Positions 20,155 to 29,430 of a DNA stretch of 64,000 nucleotides are shown piece after piece. This DNA comes from Polyangiaceae bacterium (GTDB taxonomy: Bacteria > Myxococcota_A > Polyangia > Polyangiales > Polyangiaceae). The stretch lies in the NCBI GenBank assembly GCA_965222375.1, contig CBDCTZ010000015.1:128001-192000 (forward strand), written 5' to 3'. How positions within the stretch are numbered: position 1 is the stretch's first letter; each line of letters begins with the position of its first letter. A model generated the notes under the pieces. The model had not been told where the DNA came from. It worked only from the letters and a program-made list of their open reading frames with translations, and searched no databases. A program made the position numbers and the translations under genes.

Positions 20155-20582
20155 GGCTTCCTCGGTCGCAAGGCGTAATCGAAGGTGCCTTCGAATACGG
20201 TTTGTCCTTCAGGATCCGTCGAGCTCACCGAGACCTTCGCGTCGGCGCGGTCACTCTCCGCAAACGCCTCTCTAGCGGCCTTCGCGACGCCAGCGTCAAT
20301 CCGCGCTGTCGATACGATGTCTCCTTCAGCGCGACGCGTATAACGCACGGAAGCCGAGCGCAGCAACACGAAGGCCCGGGCGTCGGGCACGATCTGCCAC
20401 GCCGCCACTCCAGCGGCAGTCTCCGCAGCTGTGTACACGGCGCCGGCGTGGGCAATTCCCACATGATTGGTCACTTCGGTGCGCAAAGGCATCCGCACTC
20501 GCACGGCCCCATCAGCGCTTTCCACGGACAACTTGTGGCTACGTAGGTAGGGAATGCCCGCCAGGACGTCGGCCAAGGTCAT
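20151..20582 (-). CDS. PaaI/YiiD-like hotdog-fold thioesterase
   Basis: NHVGIAHAGAVYTAAE motif. Confidence 0.75.
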   Translation of the reverse strand: MTLADVLAGIPYLRSHKLSVESADGAVRVRMPLRTEVTNHVGIAHAGAVYTAAETAAGVAAWQIVPDARAFVLLRSASVRYTRRAEGDIVSTARIDAGVAKAAREAFAESDRADAKVSVSSTDPEGQTVFEGTFDYALRPRKP

Positions 20583-21436
20583 GACGCCTCCAACCTCAGC
20601 GCACGCACGACATTGTCGCTAACGATCTTCCTAAATGTGTCAGCAGTCAGGTCGAGCTGCTCCAGCTCTGCCAGGGTTCGCTCAAATGAGAGCAGCGGGT
20701 AATCCGTTGCCCAGATCACTTTGTTCTTGCCCCAGCCGCGAGCGAAGTCCAGGAACTGCGCCGGCCAATGCTTGGGCGCGCGTGCCGAAGTCTCGACGTA
20801 GAGGTTGGGGTGCTTCCACGCCAACGTCATCATCTCCTCGTGCCAAGGTTGTCCCAGATGACAACCGAGGATTGTGAGCTCGGGGAACGCCAGGGCAACC
20901 TCGTCGAGGTAGATCGGTCTGCCGCATTCGGAGGGGAGCAGCGGGCCGGTATGACCGACCTGGATCGCGACCGCCACGCCGAGCTCTTGGCACTTCAGAT
21001 AGACCGGCCAATAGTGCTTGTCGTTCGGCGCAAGTCCTGTCGTGCCATCACCGTACATATAGGGTTCGAGGCGGATCACCTTCATGCCCAAATCCCCAAC
21101 CAGCCTCTGCACGTCCCGGGCGACCTCACCAGGTTTCTTGAGGGGATTCACAGTGCCGCTACCGACGAATCGGTCCGGGTACTTGGCGACCGCCTCAGCG
21201 ACCTCCTCGTTCGACGAAACCGCCACATCCTTGTGATAGAAGGCGGACAGCACGCAGCGATCCACACCGGCCTCGTCCATCTCGCTCAACATCTGGGTCA
21301 GTTCCATGCCGTCGAAGATGACTTGCGGAGAACGGTACTTCTTGAAGATGTGCAAGTACTCTTTGGGCCAACGCTTGGCGCCTTCGGGACTTATCCAGCT
21401 CGCCCACGCATCAATCGCAATTCGTTCTCGGCTCAT
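20579..21436 (-). CDS. Amidohydrolase_2 family protein
   Basis: GHTGPL, LDEVALAFPEL, GCHLG, ATDYP. Confidence 0.85.
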   Translation of the reverse strand: MSRERIAIDAWASWISPEGAKRWPKEYLHIFKKYRSPQVIFDGMELTQMLSEMDEAGVDRCVLSAFYHKDVAVSSNEEVAEAVAKYPDRFVGSGTVNPLKKPGEVARDVQRLVGDLGMKVIRLEPYMYGDGTTGLAPNDKHYWPVYLKCQELGVAVAIQVGHTGPLLPSECGRPIYLDEVALAFPELTILGCHLGQPWHEEMMTLAWKHPNLYVETSARAPKHWPAQFLDFARGWGKNKVIWATDYPLLSFERTLAELEQLDLTADTFRKIVSDNVVRALRLEAS

Positions 21437-22350
21437 GGTTTTGTCTCCATTGTGAGTTGGGTAGCTTTGTCGGTGGGGCCGAGGCGCAGTCGCAGGAGCT
21501 GACGCGCCCGTGCTGGGCTCGCTGGCGCCCCCCCAAGATCGCGCACGATGCGGACGGCCTTTTCCACCAACTGCGCGTTGGAGCTCGCTAGCTCGCCCCG
21601 CGCCAAGTACACGTTGTCCTCGAGCCCAACGCGGATGTGGCCACCCATCGCAACCACCGCGCCGAGCATCCGGAAGTGGTTCTGCGCGCCGATGGCGCTC
21701 ACCAACCACTGAGTGTCTGATGGCAATCCATCGGTCAGGAACACCAAATTCTTCACCGTGGCCCTGCTGCACTCACCGGGGATCCCCATGACGAAATTGA
21801 CGAGCAGCGGTTCTTCGAACACGCCACGTGCGCGCAAGGCGGCCAAGTTGTTGAGCATTCCGGCGTGATAGATTTCAATTTCCGGACGCACGCCGTTTTC
21901 GGCAAACACGCGCGCGACCTGCTCTAGTTCGGCGTGGGACGAGAACAGGGGCACGAAGCGATCTTTGACCCATTTCCCATCCCGCTCGTCGTAGCGGCCA
22001 AGCAAGCAGCCACTGCCCAGGCTGAAGGACGCAATGTCCGGCCGCAGCTCGGGCACCACGACAATGCGCCGAGCCAGGGGCAGCCCCGCCACCGCCCCGC
22101 CAGTGGTCAGGTTGAGTACGGCGTCACAGCCCTGCTCGCGCAGACCGTCAACGATTTGCCGAAACACGGCGACGTCCGCCGTAGCCTTGCCATCAGCGTC
22201 GCGCGCGTGAATGTGCAGAATCGCTGCGCCCGCTCGCCACGCGTCGACACCTTGAGCAACAATCTCGTCCGGTTGCTCGGGCAGACTTGGATTCGCGTCC
22301 TTGCCTTGCTGGGCCCCGGTCAGAGCGCATGTGATGATCACATCGGCCAT
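21433..22350 (-). CDS. Beta-keto acid cleavage enzyme (BKACE/DUF849)
   Basis: IITCALTG, ILHIHAR, TTGG, GHIRVGLEDN. Confidence 0.9.
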   Translation of the reverse strand: MADVIITCALTGAQQGKDANPSLPEQPDEIVAQGVDAWRAGAAILHIHARDADGKATADVAVFRQIVDGLREQGCDAVLNLTTGGAVAGLPLARRIVVVPELRPDIASFSLGSGCLLGRYDERDGKWVKDRFVPLFSSHAELEQVARVFAENGVRPEIEIYHAGMLNNLAALRARGVFEEPLLVNFVMGIPGECSRATVKNLVFLTDGLPSDTQWLVSAIGAQNHFRMLGAVVAMGGHIRVGLEDNVYLARGELASSNAQLVEKAVRIVRDLGGAPASPARARQLLRLRLGPTDKATQLTMETKP

Positions 22351-22372
22351 CTTCCATCTCCCAACGCACGGA

Positions 22373-23170
22373 CTACTTTCCTTCGAAGCGCGCGGCGCGC
22401 TTTTCGAGGAAGGCCGCCATGCCCTCTTTCTGATCGCGAGTCATGAAGTTGAGCATCACGGTGTTGATCGAAAAGTCGATTGCGGATTCGAGGTCGGTCG
22501 TCATCCACTTGTGAATGATCTCTTTCTGGGTCCCGAGGGCTGCAGGGCTCTTTTCAGCCAATCGATCGCACACGGCGTCCACCTCTGCCTCAAGCGCGTC
22601 CGCTTTGGTGACAGAGTGAAGAAGACCGCGGCGCTCAGCTTTGGCTGCATCCCAGAACTCACCCAAGTACGCCAGCTCTCTGGCGCCCTGGATGCCGACG
22701 CACAGCGGCAAGATCGCCGCTTCGACGATTGCCGGGATGCCGCGGTGGATGTTCGGTAAGCCAAAGCGAGACCGCTCGGTGGCAAGCATGAAGTCACACG
22801 ACACAGCCAGCTCGAGACCAGCGCCCAGGCACAGGCCGTCAATGCCGCAGACGACGGGGATCTCAGTGGTGCGCAAGGCCAAGAACGTTCGATGCAGCTC
22901 GCGACCGACTGCTCGGGCTTCGAGCCCACGCATGTCTTTGACGTATGCGACGTCGATTCCGGCTGAGAAAGCCTTGTCGCCCGCCGCGTCGATGCACACG
23001 ACGCGCACGTCTGGATCCGCTACCGCTTGGGCAAGGGCTTCGCGGATTTCCGCGAGCATGACGCCGTTGATGGCGTTGAGCACTTCGGGCCGCGAGAGCG
23101 TGAGCCGCATGGTCGCGCCCCGGCGCGTGCAGGCGAGCGTTTCGAAAGCGCTTGGCGTGGAGGCTGTCAT
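22373..23170 (-). CDS. Enoyl-CoA hydratase/isomerase
   Basis: FSAGID, GAGLELAVSCD, AFLEKR. Confidence 0.9.
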   Translation of the reverse strand: MTASTPSAFETLACTRRGATMRLTLSRPEVLNAINGVMLAEIREALAQAVADPDVRVVCIDAAGDKAFSAGIDVAYVKDMRGLEARAVGRELHRTFLALRTTEIPVVCGIDGLCLGAGLELAVSCDFMLATERSRFGLPNIHRGIPAIVEAAILPLCVGIQGARELAYLGEFWDAAKAERRGLLHSVTKADALEAEVDAVCDRLAEKSPAALGTQKEIIHKWMTTDLESAIDFSINTVMLNFMTRDQKEGMAAFLEKRAARFEGK

Positions 23171-23177
23171 CTTGCGT

Positions 23178-23969
23178 TCACTTTCCTAGGAATTCGGCTT
23201 TGCGTTTTTCGACAAATGCGGCGATCCCCTCTTGGGCATCTTCGGTGCTCCGAAGCGGTTCCGCGTAGAACTGTTCGATGCGCAAGCCCTCCTCCAGAGG
23301 CAGGTGTCGCCCCCGAAGAGCGGCTGCTCGCGCAGCCTGCACTGCGAGCGGCGCGTTCTTCGCGATGCGATGAGCAAATGCATGAGCCTCGGCCATGAGG
23401 GACTCAGCGCTAACCACACGGTTTATCAAGCCGCAGCGCAGCGCAGCGGCGGCATCTATTGAGTCACCCGTGAGCATGAGCTCCATGGCGATTGCTTGGG
23501 GCACCGCGCGTACCAAGCGTTGGGTCCCACCAGCAGCCGGGATAATGCCGCGGCGAACCTCAGGCACGCCAAAGGTCGCGTGATCGACGGCAATACGCAC
23601 GTCACAGGCGAGAGCAAGCTCCAAGCCTCCGGCCAAGCAGTGCCCGTTGATGGCAGCGATAATCGGTTTGCCTGGATCGAGATTGCGGGTGATCCCGCCG
23701 AGCCCCGGTTCGCGCTCACCCCGCTCGCGTCGCTCGATGGGCGTCATCGAGCGATAGTGGTCACCGAGTTCCTTCAGATCTGCGCCAGCGCAAAAGGCCT
23801 TGTCGCCGGCGCCGGTCAAGATCGCAACCCGCAGCTCGGTGTTGTCTCGAAATGAGCGCCAGGCGTCGCACAGCTGCTGAGCCATTTGCCGATTCAAGGC
23901 GTTGCGCGCCTCGGGTCGATCAATTGTGATCACAAACACGTGGTCGTCCACGCTGGCCCGAATGCTCAT
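23178..23969 (-). CDS. Enoyl-CoA hydratase
   Basis: FCAGADL, AGGLELALACD, PEVRRG. Confidence 0.9.
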   Translation of the reverse strand: MSIRASVDDHVFVITIDRPEARNALNRQMAQQLCDAWRSFRDNTELRVAILTGAGDKAFCAGADLKELGDHYRSMTPIERRERGEREPGLGGITRNLDPGKPIIAAINGHCLAGGLELALACDVRIAVDHATFGVPEVRRGIIPAAGGTQRLVRAVPQAIAMELMLTGDSIDAAAALRCGLINRVVSAESLMAEAHAFAHRIAKNAPLAVQAARAAALRGRHLPLEEGLRIEQFYAEPLRSTEDAQEGIAAFVEKRKAEFLGK

Positions 23970-24391
23970 GCCGCTGCGTCCTCCGTGAGAAGAAATCCCT
24001 CGATGTCGAGGATGCTGCCCGTCCGCCCTTCGCAAAACCGCGCTCGAACGCGAGCCCCGACCGACCACGAGCCCTGTCTAGCTAGCAGGCGGTGAATGAA
24101 CGCAGTGTCTGCGCCGTCGAGGAGCACGAGACCGAAGCACCTCGGCTCGGAACGACCCTCAGCCCGTTCGGTCCACGATTGCAGTGTTCCGCACGGACTG
24201 ACGTCGACGAGCTCCGTCGGCGCGCCGCCGCAGCGAGAGCAATACGCCTGAGCCGGACAGACGACACGCTGACAGGCCGAGCACTTGGACCCGAGGATGC
24301 GGCGGTCATCGCGCAGTGCAGCTAGAAAGGCGCTCCCGGCTTGGCCCGCGGCATACTCGAAGGGCAGGCGGATGGATTGCTCGCGGATCAT
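23966..24391 (-). CDS. Zn-ribbon/OB-fold protein (DUF35)
   Basis: CSAC...CSRC and LLDGADT. Confidence 0.85.
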   Translation of the reverse strand: MIREQSIRLPFEYAAGQAGSAFLAALRDDRRILGSKCSACQRVVCPAQAYCSRCGGAPTELVDVSPCGTLQSWTERAEGRSEPRCFGLVLLDGADTAFIHRLLARQGSWSVGARVRARFCEGRTGSILDIEGFLLTEDAAA

Positions 24392-24903
24392 CGGGCCTTC
24401 CCCTCTGGCGCGGGAGCGCCCTGCCCGCCCTCTGCGTTGCGCGTGGGCATCAGCTTGAAGTGGACGATGTCGTCCATCGCTCCCACCAGCTCCGGGCGCC
24501 ATACGGCGCGCACACGCAATCCGACCCGTAGCCGCGTCGGGTCGTTTTCAGACAGGAAGTGATTGAGAGTCGTGTCGGCTCCGTCGAGCAAGATGAGACC
24601 CATGCCGTAGGGGGATGGCCGCATCTCGCCGGTGCGACCGTCGCGGATGGGCACATGTACGACCGTCCACGCCACGAGTTTTCCCTCATCTGCCACGGGC
24701 ACCCACTGCACCAGGCGCTTGTGGCAATTACCGCACATGGGTCGGGGAGGGAGATAGCGTCGGCCGCATGCTTCACAGCGCAGCGCCTCGAGCCTTCGCT
24801 GCTCGAGCCCAGCGCAGAAGCGCTGCATGGCGTCGCCGGAGGCGTATCCCCAACCGAGATCCATCCCGATGGCGACCTTCAGTTCCGATCCGCCTGCAGT
24901 CAC
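24388..24903 (-). CDS. Zn-ribbon/OB-fold protein (DUF35)
   Basis: CEAC...PPRPMCGNC and LLDGADT. GTG start overlaps the upstream stop. Confidence 0.85.
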   Translation of the reverse strand: MTAGGSELKVAIGMDLGWGYASGDAMQRFCAGLEQRRLEALRCEACGRRYLPPRPMCGNCHKRLVQWVPVADEGKLVAWTVVHVPIRDGRTGEMRPSPYGMGLILLDGADTTLNHFLSENDPTRLRVGLRVRAVWRPELVGAMDDIVHFKLMPTRNAEGGQGAPAPEGKAR

Positions 24904-26054
24904 GCTGCCGCTCCTAGGATGATCACGTCGGCCCAGGCGTACACGCCGTAGCCCGTGGCCAACGCGGTGGCTGCCCCATCCACTTGTCGGGCGCCGCCGC
25001 GACCATGAATCTGCAACGCCGCCTCTGCCACTCGGATGACACCAGACGCGCCCACGGGGTTGGTGGAAAGCACACCACCGGACGGATTGACTGGAAGTTC
25101 GCCGGTCATCGAGGTGACGCCGTCCTCGATCAGGCGCCCAGCTTCGCCCTCCCTGCAAAAGCCGAGGGCCTCGTACCATGCGAGTTCAGCGTAACTAACC
25201 GGTTCGTAGATCTCCGCGACGTCGAGATCGACAAGCGGCCGCCGGATCTGCGCAGCACGGTAGGCGACCCGCGCCGCATCGCGCAGGGTGCGCATGGCCA
25301 CCAAACGGCGGTCGAGATCGCCGAGGTACGGCTGGTCGTGCCGGGTAACCGCAGCCTTGATCCACGCGGGCTTGGGACAGAGCTTTCGTGCCTTCTCCTC
25401 GCTGGCAATCACGACCGCACAAGCACCGTCCGACTGCGGGCACATGTCCAGCAGGCGCAGTGGGTGCGCGAGCATCTTGGACGAAAGTACCTCGTCCACG
25501 CTGATGTCGGGCATTTGCAGGTGCGCGTGTGGGTTTCGTGCCGCGTTCTGTCGCGCTTTTACGGCGACCTGCGCTGCCTGGGTCTCCGTCACGCCGCGCT
25601 CGGCGGCATACTGCGATACGGATAAGGCGAAATTGCCAAGGGCGCCGGAGGCGACCGCGCGATCCCAAAACGGATCGGTCAGCGCCATACCAGTTTGGGT
25701 ATGCCCCTCCGAGTGCTTCTCATACCCAACGACCAGCAGTGTGTCGCACAAGCCCGCTGCCACCTGGTGGTAGCCCGCGATACACGCGCTAGTGCCGGAT
25801 GTGCCGCCCGTGGCCACCTTCATGCAAGGTTTGCCCGCAGCGAACGCAGCCTCACCAATCCAAAGCTCAGGCAGCGCGCGGCCTTCAAAAAGCTCCATGC
25901 TCGAGATCAGAACTGCGTCGATGTCGTCAGGCTTCAATTCGGCGTCCCGGAGGGCCGCCAGCGCCGCCTCGCGCACGAGTTCGGGCTGCGATACGTCGTC
26001 GCGTCGACGAGTGTGCCGGGTCTGCCCGGTCCCAATCACAGCGGCAGGCCTCAT
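24900..26054 (-). CDS. Thiolase-fold (SCPx-type) protein, Ltp3-like aldolase subunit
   Basis: AAVIGTGQT...VREA, CPQSDGAC, VNPSGG. The N-terminal catalytic Cys position reads GGTSG. Confidence 0.8.
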   Translation of the reverse strand: MRPAAVIGTGQTRHTRRRDDVSQPELVREAALAALRDAELKPDDIDAVLISSMELFEGRALPELWIGEAAFAAGKPCMKVATGGTSGTSACIAGYHQVAAGLCDTLLVVGYEKHSEGHTQTGMALTDPFWDRAVASGALGNFALSVSQYAAERGVTETQAAQVAVKARQNAARNPHAHLQMPDISVDEVLSSKMLAHPLRLLDMCPQSDGACAVVIASEEKARKLCPKPAWIKAAVTRHDQPYLGDLDRRLVAMRTLRDAARVAYRAAQIRRPLVDLDVAEIYEPVSYAELAWYEALGFCREGEAGRLIEDGVTSMTGELPVNPSGGVLSTNPVGASGVIRVAEAALQIHGRGGARQVDGAATALATGYGVYAWADVIILGAAA

Positions 26055-27115
26055 GTTCCGCTCTCCAAAGTCGCGACCACCTGCCCCTGGCCCGCCGGCC
26101 CCCAAGTGCCGTGGGCCAAAGCGCAGCGGAGGTCGGGCTCGGCGCGCATTCGGCGCGCCGCAGCGCAAAACCGCGAAAGACCCGCTGCCACGGGAGCGAC
26201 GCCGCCGAACAGCCCACCATCGGGCGAAACGAGAGCGTCACGCCGAGGCTTGACGGCATGGATGAACAGTTCTTCCTCGTGCGGGTACAAGCAGGACGGC
26301 TCGAGCAGGTCGAACCCGGTCGCGTCGTTGATAGATGCTTGTGACAGCGCCCGGCTACACGCCCGCGACAGGCCGCTCCATTGCGAAAGGTCACGTTCAC
26401 CGAGATTGTGGCGATCGAGATCGTGTCCCACGCCGGTGAGAAGCAGCCGAGCGCTGTTTTTGGCACTACCCGCGGCGTCCACTCGGCGCAACACGACCGC
26501 GCAAGCCCCATCGGCAAAGGGAGCGCACATGGCATCGGTTAGTGGGGCCGCAACCAGCGGAGACGCCAGGACATGCGCGGCATCGATGGCTGGAGCATTT
26601 GGAGCAGCACTGCAGCGCTCGGCCGCAGTGTGCGCCCAGCGTTCGATCGAACTCGGGTCGGCGGCAGCGATACGCTGCGCCACCAAACCCGCACACGCCA
26701 GAAAGTCGACCCCGAGCGGTTGCAAGTAGATCGGGTCCATCGCCCAAGCAGTCAGCGCTTGATGCGGCGTCATCGAGGCTTTGCCGTGCGCCACGACCAG
26801 TACCATGTCGTACGCGCCAGCCCACAGTTGGCACGCAGCGTGTGCCAGAGCGCACAAGCCATCTGCCGCAATTCGAGTCTCGGGCTTCATCACTGCTCCG
26901 ACCACTTCGGTGACGGCAATGTTCGAGGCAGTGAGCCCGTCGAGGAGGTCGACTGACGCCGTGACCACTGCGTCGATTGCAGAAGCGTCCGTGCCCGCAT
27001 CCGCCAGTGCACACTCCACTGCGTCGAGTACCATTTCGGGAATCGACCGCGGGTCTTGCGCAACGGGCCCGGCTTGGCCAATGCCCGCTACACCTATGCA
27101 AGTTGGTCCTTTCAC
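26051..27115 (-). CDS. Thiolase-fold protein, Ltp4-like subunit
   Basis: 354 aa, SVDLLDG, HGKAS, CAPFADGAC, degenerate C-terminal motifs. Confidence 0.75.
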   Translation of the reverse strand: MKGPTCIGVAGIGQAGPVAQDPRSIPEMVLDAVECALADAGTDASAIDAVVTASVDLLDGLTASNIAVTEVVGAVMKPETRIAADGLCALAHAACQLWAGAYDMVLVVAHGKASMTPHQALTAWAMDPIYLQPLGVDFLACAGLVAQRIAAADPSSIERWAHTAAERCSAAPNAPAIDAAHVLASPLVAAPLTDAMCAPFADGACAVVLRRVDAAGSAKNSARLLLTGVGHDLDRHNLGERDLSQWSGLSRACSRALSQASINDATGFDLLEPSCLYPHEEELFIHAVKPRRDALVSPDGGLFGGVAPVAAGLSRFCAAARRMRAEPDLRCALAHGTWGPAGQGQVVATLESGT

Positions 27116-28260
27116 CGCGGCTCGAGCCCCTTGGTTCTGGCAATGATCTCGCGCATGATTTCGCTGCTCCCCGCGCCTACGGAAAACGCGAGGGAATCCC
27201 GGGCAAGCCGCGCGATTTGGAACTCCTCCATGTAGCCGTTGCCACCGAAGATTTGCGCGCAGTCATGACGAACGCGCACCGACGACTCCGCGGCAAACAG
27301 CTTGGCCATGGAAATCTCTGCGTTGCAGGACTCGCCGCGAACGTACAGGTCAATGGCGCGGTAGGTCAGCGCTTCGGCCGCCTCGATAGTCGTAAGCGCA
27401 TCCGCAAGGCGATGGCGCCAAGTTTGAAAGCCCAAAATGGGGCTTCCAAACGCCTTCCGTTCGAGGCCATAGCGGCGGGCCTCCTCCCACATCAATCGCA
27501 TCTGGGCGCAACAGATCAACGCGAGCACGAGCCGTTCACCCTCGAACCCTTGCATCAGCAGTCGGAAACCGCCGTTCTCGGGACCGAGGAGGTTCTCGGC
27601 CGGAACTCGGCAATCCTCGAATACGAGTTCGGCCGTGTCTGAAGAGTGAGTGCCGATCTTGGACAGCCGCCGTCCACATGAGAAGCCTGGCGCATCACTG
27701 GGAATGAGCAGAAGGGAGAGCCCTTTGTGTCCTGGGCCGCCAGTACGTACGACCGTCGTCACGAAGTCGGCGATGCTTCCGTTGCTTATGAATGTCTTGG
27801 TGCCGTTGACGACGTAGTCGTTCCCGCCCCGCACGGCTGTGGTTCGAATGGCGCCAACGTCGCTTCCAGCGTCCGGCTCGGTCGCGCCCAACGCCCCAAT
27901 TCGCTCCCCAATGATCGCTGGACGAACGAACGCCTCCTTTTGCGCCGCTGTGCCAACGCGATCGATGACTTTGGTGGCGAATTCCGCGTGAGCCAACACG
28001 CTCACCACGACTCCAACTGAGCCGGACCGGACCAACTCCTGCACCAAGACCGCGGTGTGCCAAAAGTTGAGGCCGCCTCCCCCACAGTCCTCCGAGAGCC
28101 TGATCCCGAGGAAGCCAAGCTCGCCAAGTCGTCGGAACAACGGCCGTGGAACCGCGCCGGCCTGCTCCCACTCAGCTACGTGAGGCTTGACCTCACGATC
28201 GACGAACTCACGCAGGGAGTTCCGAAGCAAGTCGTGTTCACCGGTAAACGCTGTCGCCAT
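27112..28260 (-). CDS. Acyl-CoA dehydrogenase (LCAD/IVD/AtuD-type)
   Basis: TEPDAGSD, GTKTFISNG, FEGERL, GGNGYMEE, VGAGSSEIM. Confidence 0.9.
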   Translation of the reverse strand: MATAFTGEHDLLRNSLREFVDREVKPHVAEWEQAGAVPRPLFRRLGELGFLGIRLSEDCGGGGLNFWHTAVLVQELVRSGSVGVVVSVLAHAEFATKVIDRVGTAAQKEAFVRPAIIGERIGALGATEPDAGSDVGAIRTTAVRGGNDYVVNGTKTFISNGSIADFVTTVVRTGGPGHKGLSLLLIPSDAPGFSCGRRLSKIGTHSSDTAELVFEDCRVPAENLLGPENGGFRLLMQGFEGERLVLALICCAQMRLMWEEARRYGLERKAFGSPILGFQTWRHRLADALTTIEAAEALTYRAIDLYVRGESCNAEISMAKLFAAESSVRVRHDCAQIFGGNGYMEEFQIARLARDSLAFSVGAGSSEIMREIIARTKGLEPR

Positions 28261-28287
28261 AGGCTCACTCCCCCCTTGTCCCGAATG

Positions 28288-28316
28288 GCACTAACTGAGT
28301 AATACTCAGTAGTCAA
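28288..28316 (-). promoter_or_regulatory. sigma70-like promoter with palindromic operator in the spacer
   Basis: TTGACT-N17-TAGTGC on the minus strand. The 17-nt spacer is the palindrome ACTGAGTA-N-TACTCAGT (28294-28310). Confidence 0.65.
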
Positions 28317-28440
28317 GCGATACTCGATTAGTTAGGAACTCACAAACCTAGGCGCACTCACCTATACTATTGAAATTACATGAGCTTTGTCTCCCGACCT
28401 CCGCCCGGGGTGCTTTCGAACTACGCGTAGTGGGGCGGAT

Positions 28441-29430
28441 TCACTCCGCCGGCGGGGCTGGGCTTCCTGCTTGCGCGGCGAGTTCGAAGTACGCGGTCAG
28501 CAAGCTGCTGGACGCGGTCGGAGCGACGATCTCATCCCACGGTCCTGGCAGCTTGGCGGCATGCGCGAAGATCACCCAACCGCCACAGCGGTCGCAATCG
28601 GCGCTGTTCCCATAACAGCATTTGGGTGTCGTGAACGCGCCGCTGTCCACGTACAGAGGCAGCACCGTTCTCAGGGGCGGGCAGTTGTCCGTCACCAACT
28701 TCGCGGTCGACGCCCGCATCAACTCCAAGGCTCGCGTCGAATTCCAGATGAAACCTCGATAGCGCCGCTTCAGTTCAAGGACGATGTCCACGGCCTCCTC
28801 GCGCTCCTCCACATCGCGCCAAGACAGTTCGGAGTGCTCACCCTCGTTCGGCACGTGAAAGCTGAAAGCCATTCCGTCGACGGGTGTGTCAATATAGTCA
28901 CGTATTAGTTCCTCGAGTCGATGCTGGTTCTGTTTCGTGACTACGCATTGGATCTGCACGGTGGGCTCGAACCTTTCCGGGATCGCCAATAGCGTCTTGC
29001 GCACTTTCTTGTAGACGCCCTCACCACGGACTTGGTCGTTGAGGTCCTCGGGACCGTCCAGGGATACGACGTAGGTGACCGTTGGCCCGAAGTCCTTGAG
29101 TGGAATAGTGCCGTTGGTCGTGATGATGTTGCGGCTGAAGAGCCGAATACCGCGCTCCAGCATGCGCCACCGGATCATCGGTTCACCCCCCATCCACAGC
29201 ATTGCCGCGAGGCCGTGGCGATCCCGAACCCGCTCCACCTCGGCCAGAAGCCGGTCGTCAGGCATGTCGTGGGCTGGATCGTTTGGATTGCCGTCAGTGA
29301 ATATGAAGCAGTGGGAGCAGGTGAGGTTGCAGCGGTTGGTGACATTGAGCATCGCGGCGGGAAATTGCCGTGGCGGCTCCTCAGCCAAGCGATCGCGGGG
29401 AACTGACTGAGCGTAGATCGGTAACCTCAT
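28441..29430 (-). CDS. Radical SAM protein with Cys-rich C-terminal (SPASM/Twitch-like) extension
   Basis: CNLTCSHC, GGEP, TTNG, VSLDG, C-terminal C...CC...CDRC. Confidence 0.9.
   Translation of the reverse strand: MRLPIYAQSVPRDRLAEEPPRQFPAAMLNVTNRCNLTCSHCFIFTDGNPNDPAHDMPDDRLLAEVERVRDRHGLAAMLWMGGEPMIRWRMLERGIRLFSRNIITTNGTIPLKDFGPTVTYVVSLDGPEDLNDQVRGEGVYKKVRKTLLAIPERFEPTVQIQCVVTKQNQHRLEELIRDYIDTPVDGMAFSFHVPNEGEHSELSWRDVEEREEAVDIVLELKRRYRGFIWNSTRALELMRASTAKLVTDNCPPLRTVLPLYVDSGAFTTPKCCYGNSADCDRCGGWVIFAHAAKLPGPWDEIVAPTASSSLLTAYFELAAQAGSPAPPAE

Noticed and set aside
28441..29430. Radical SAM as a RiPP maturase or HpnH
   Set aside because: No precursor peptide, RRE domain or hopanoid genes nearby.
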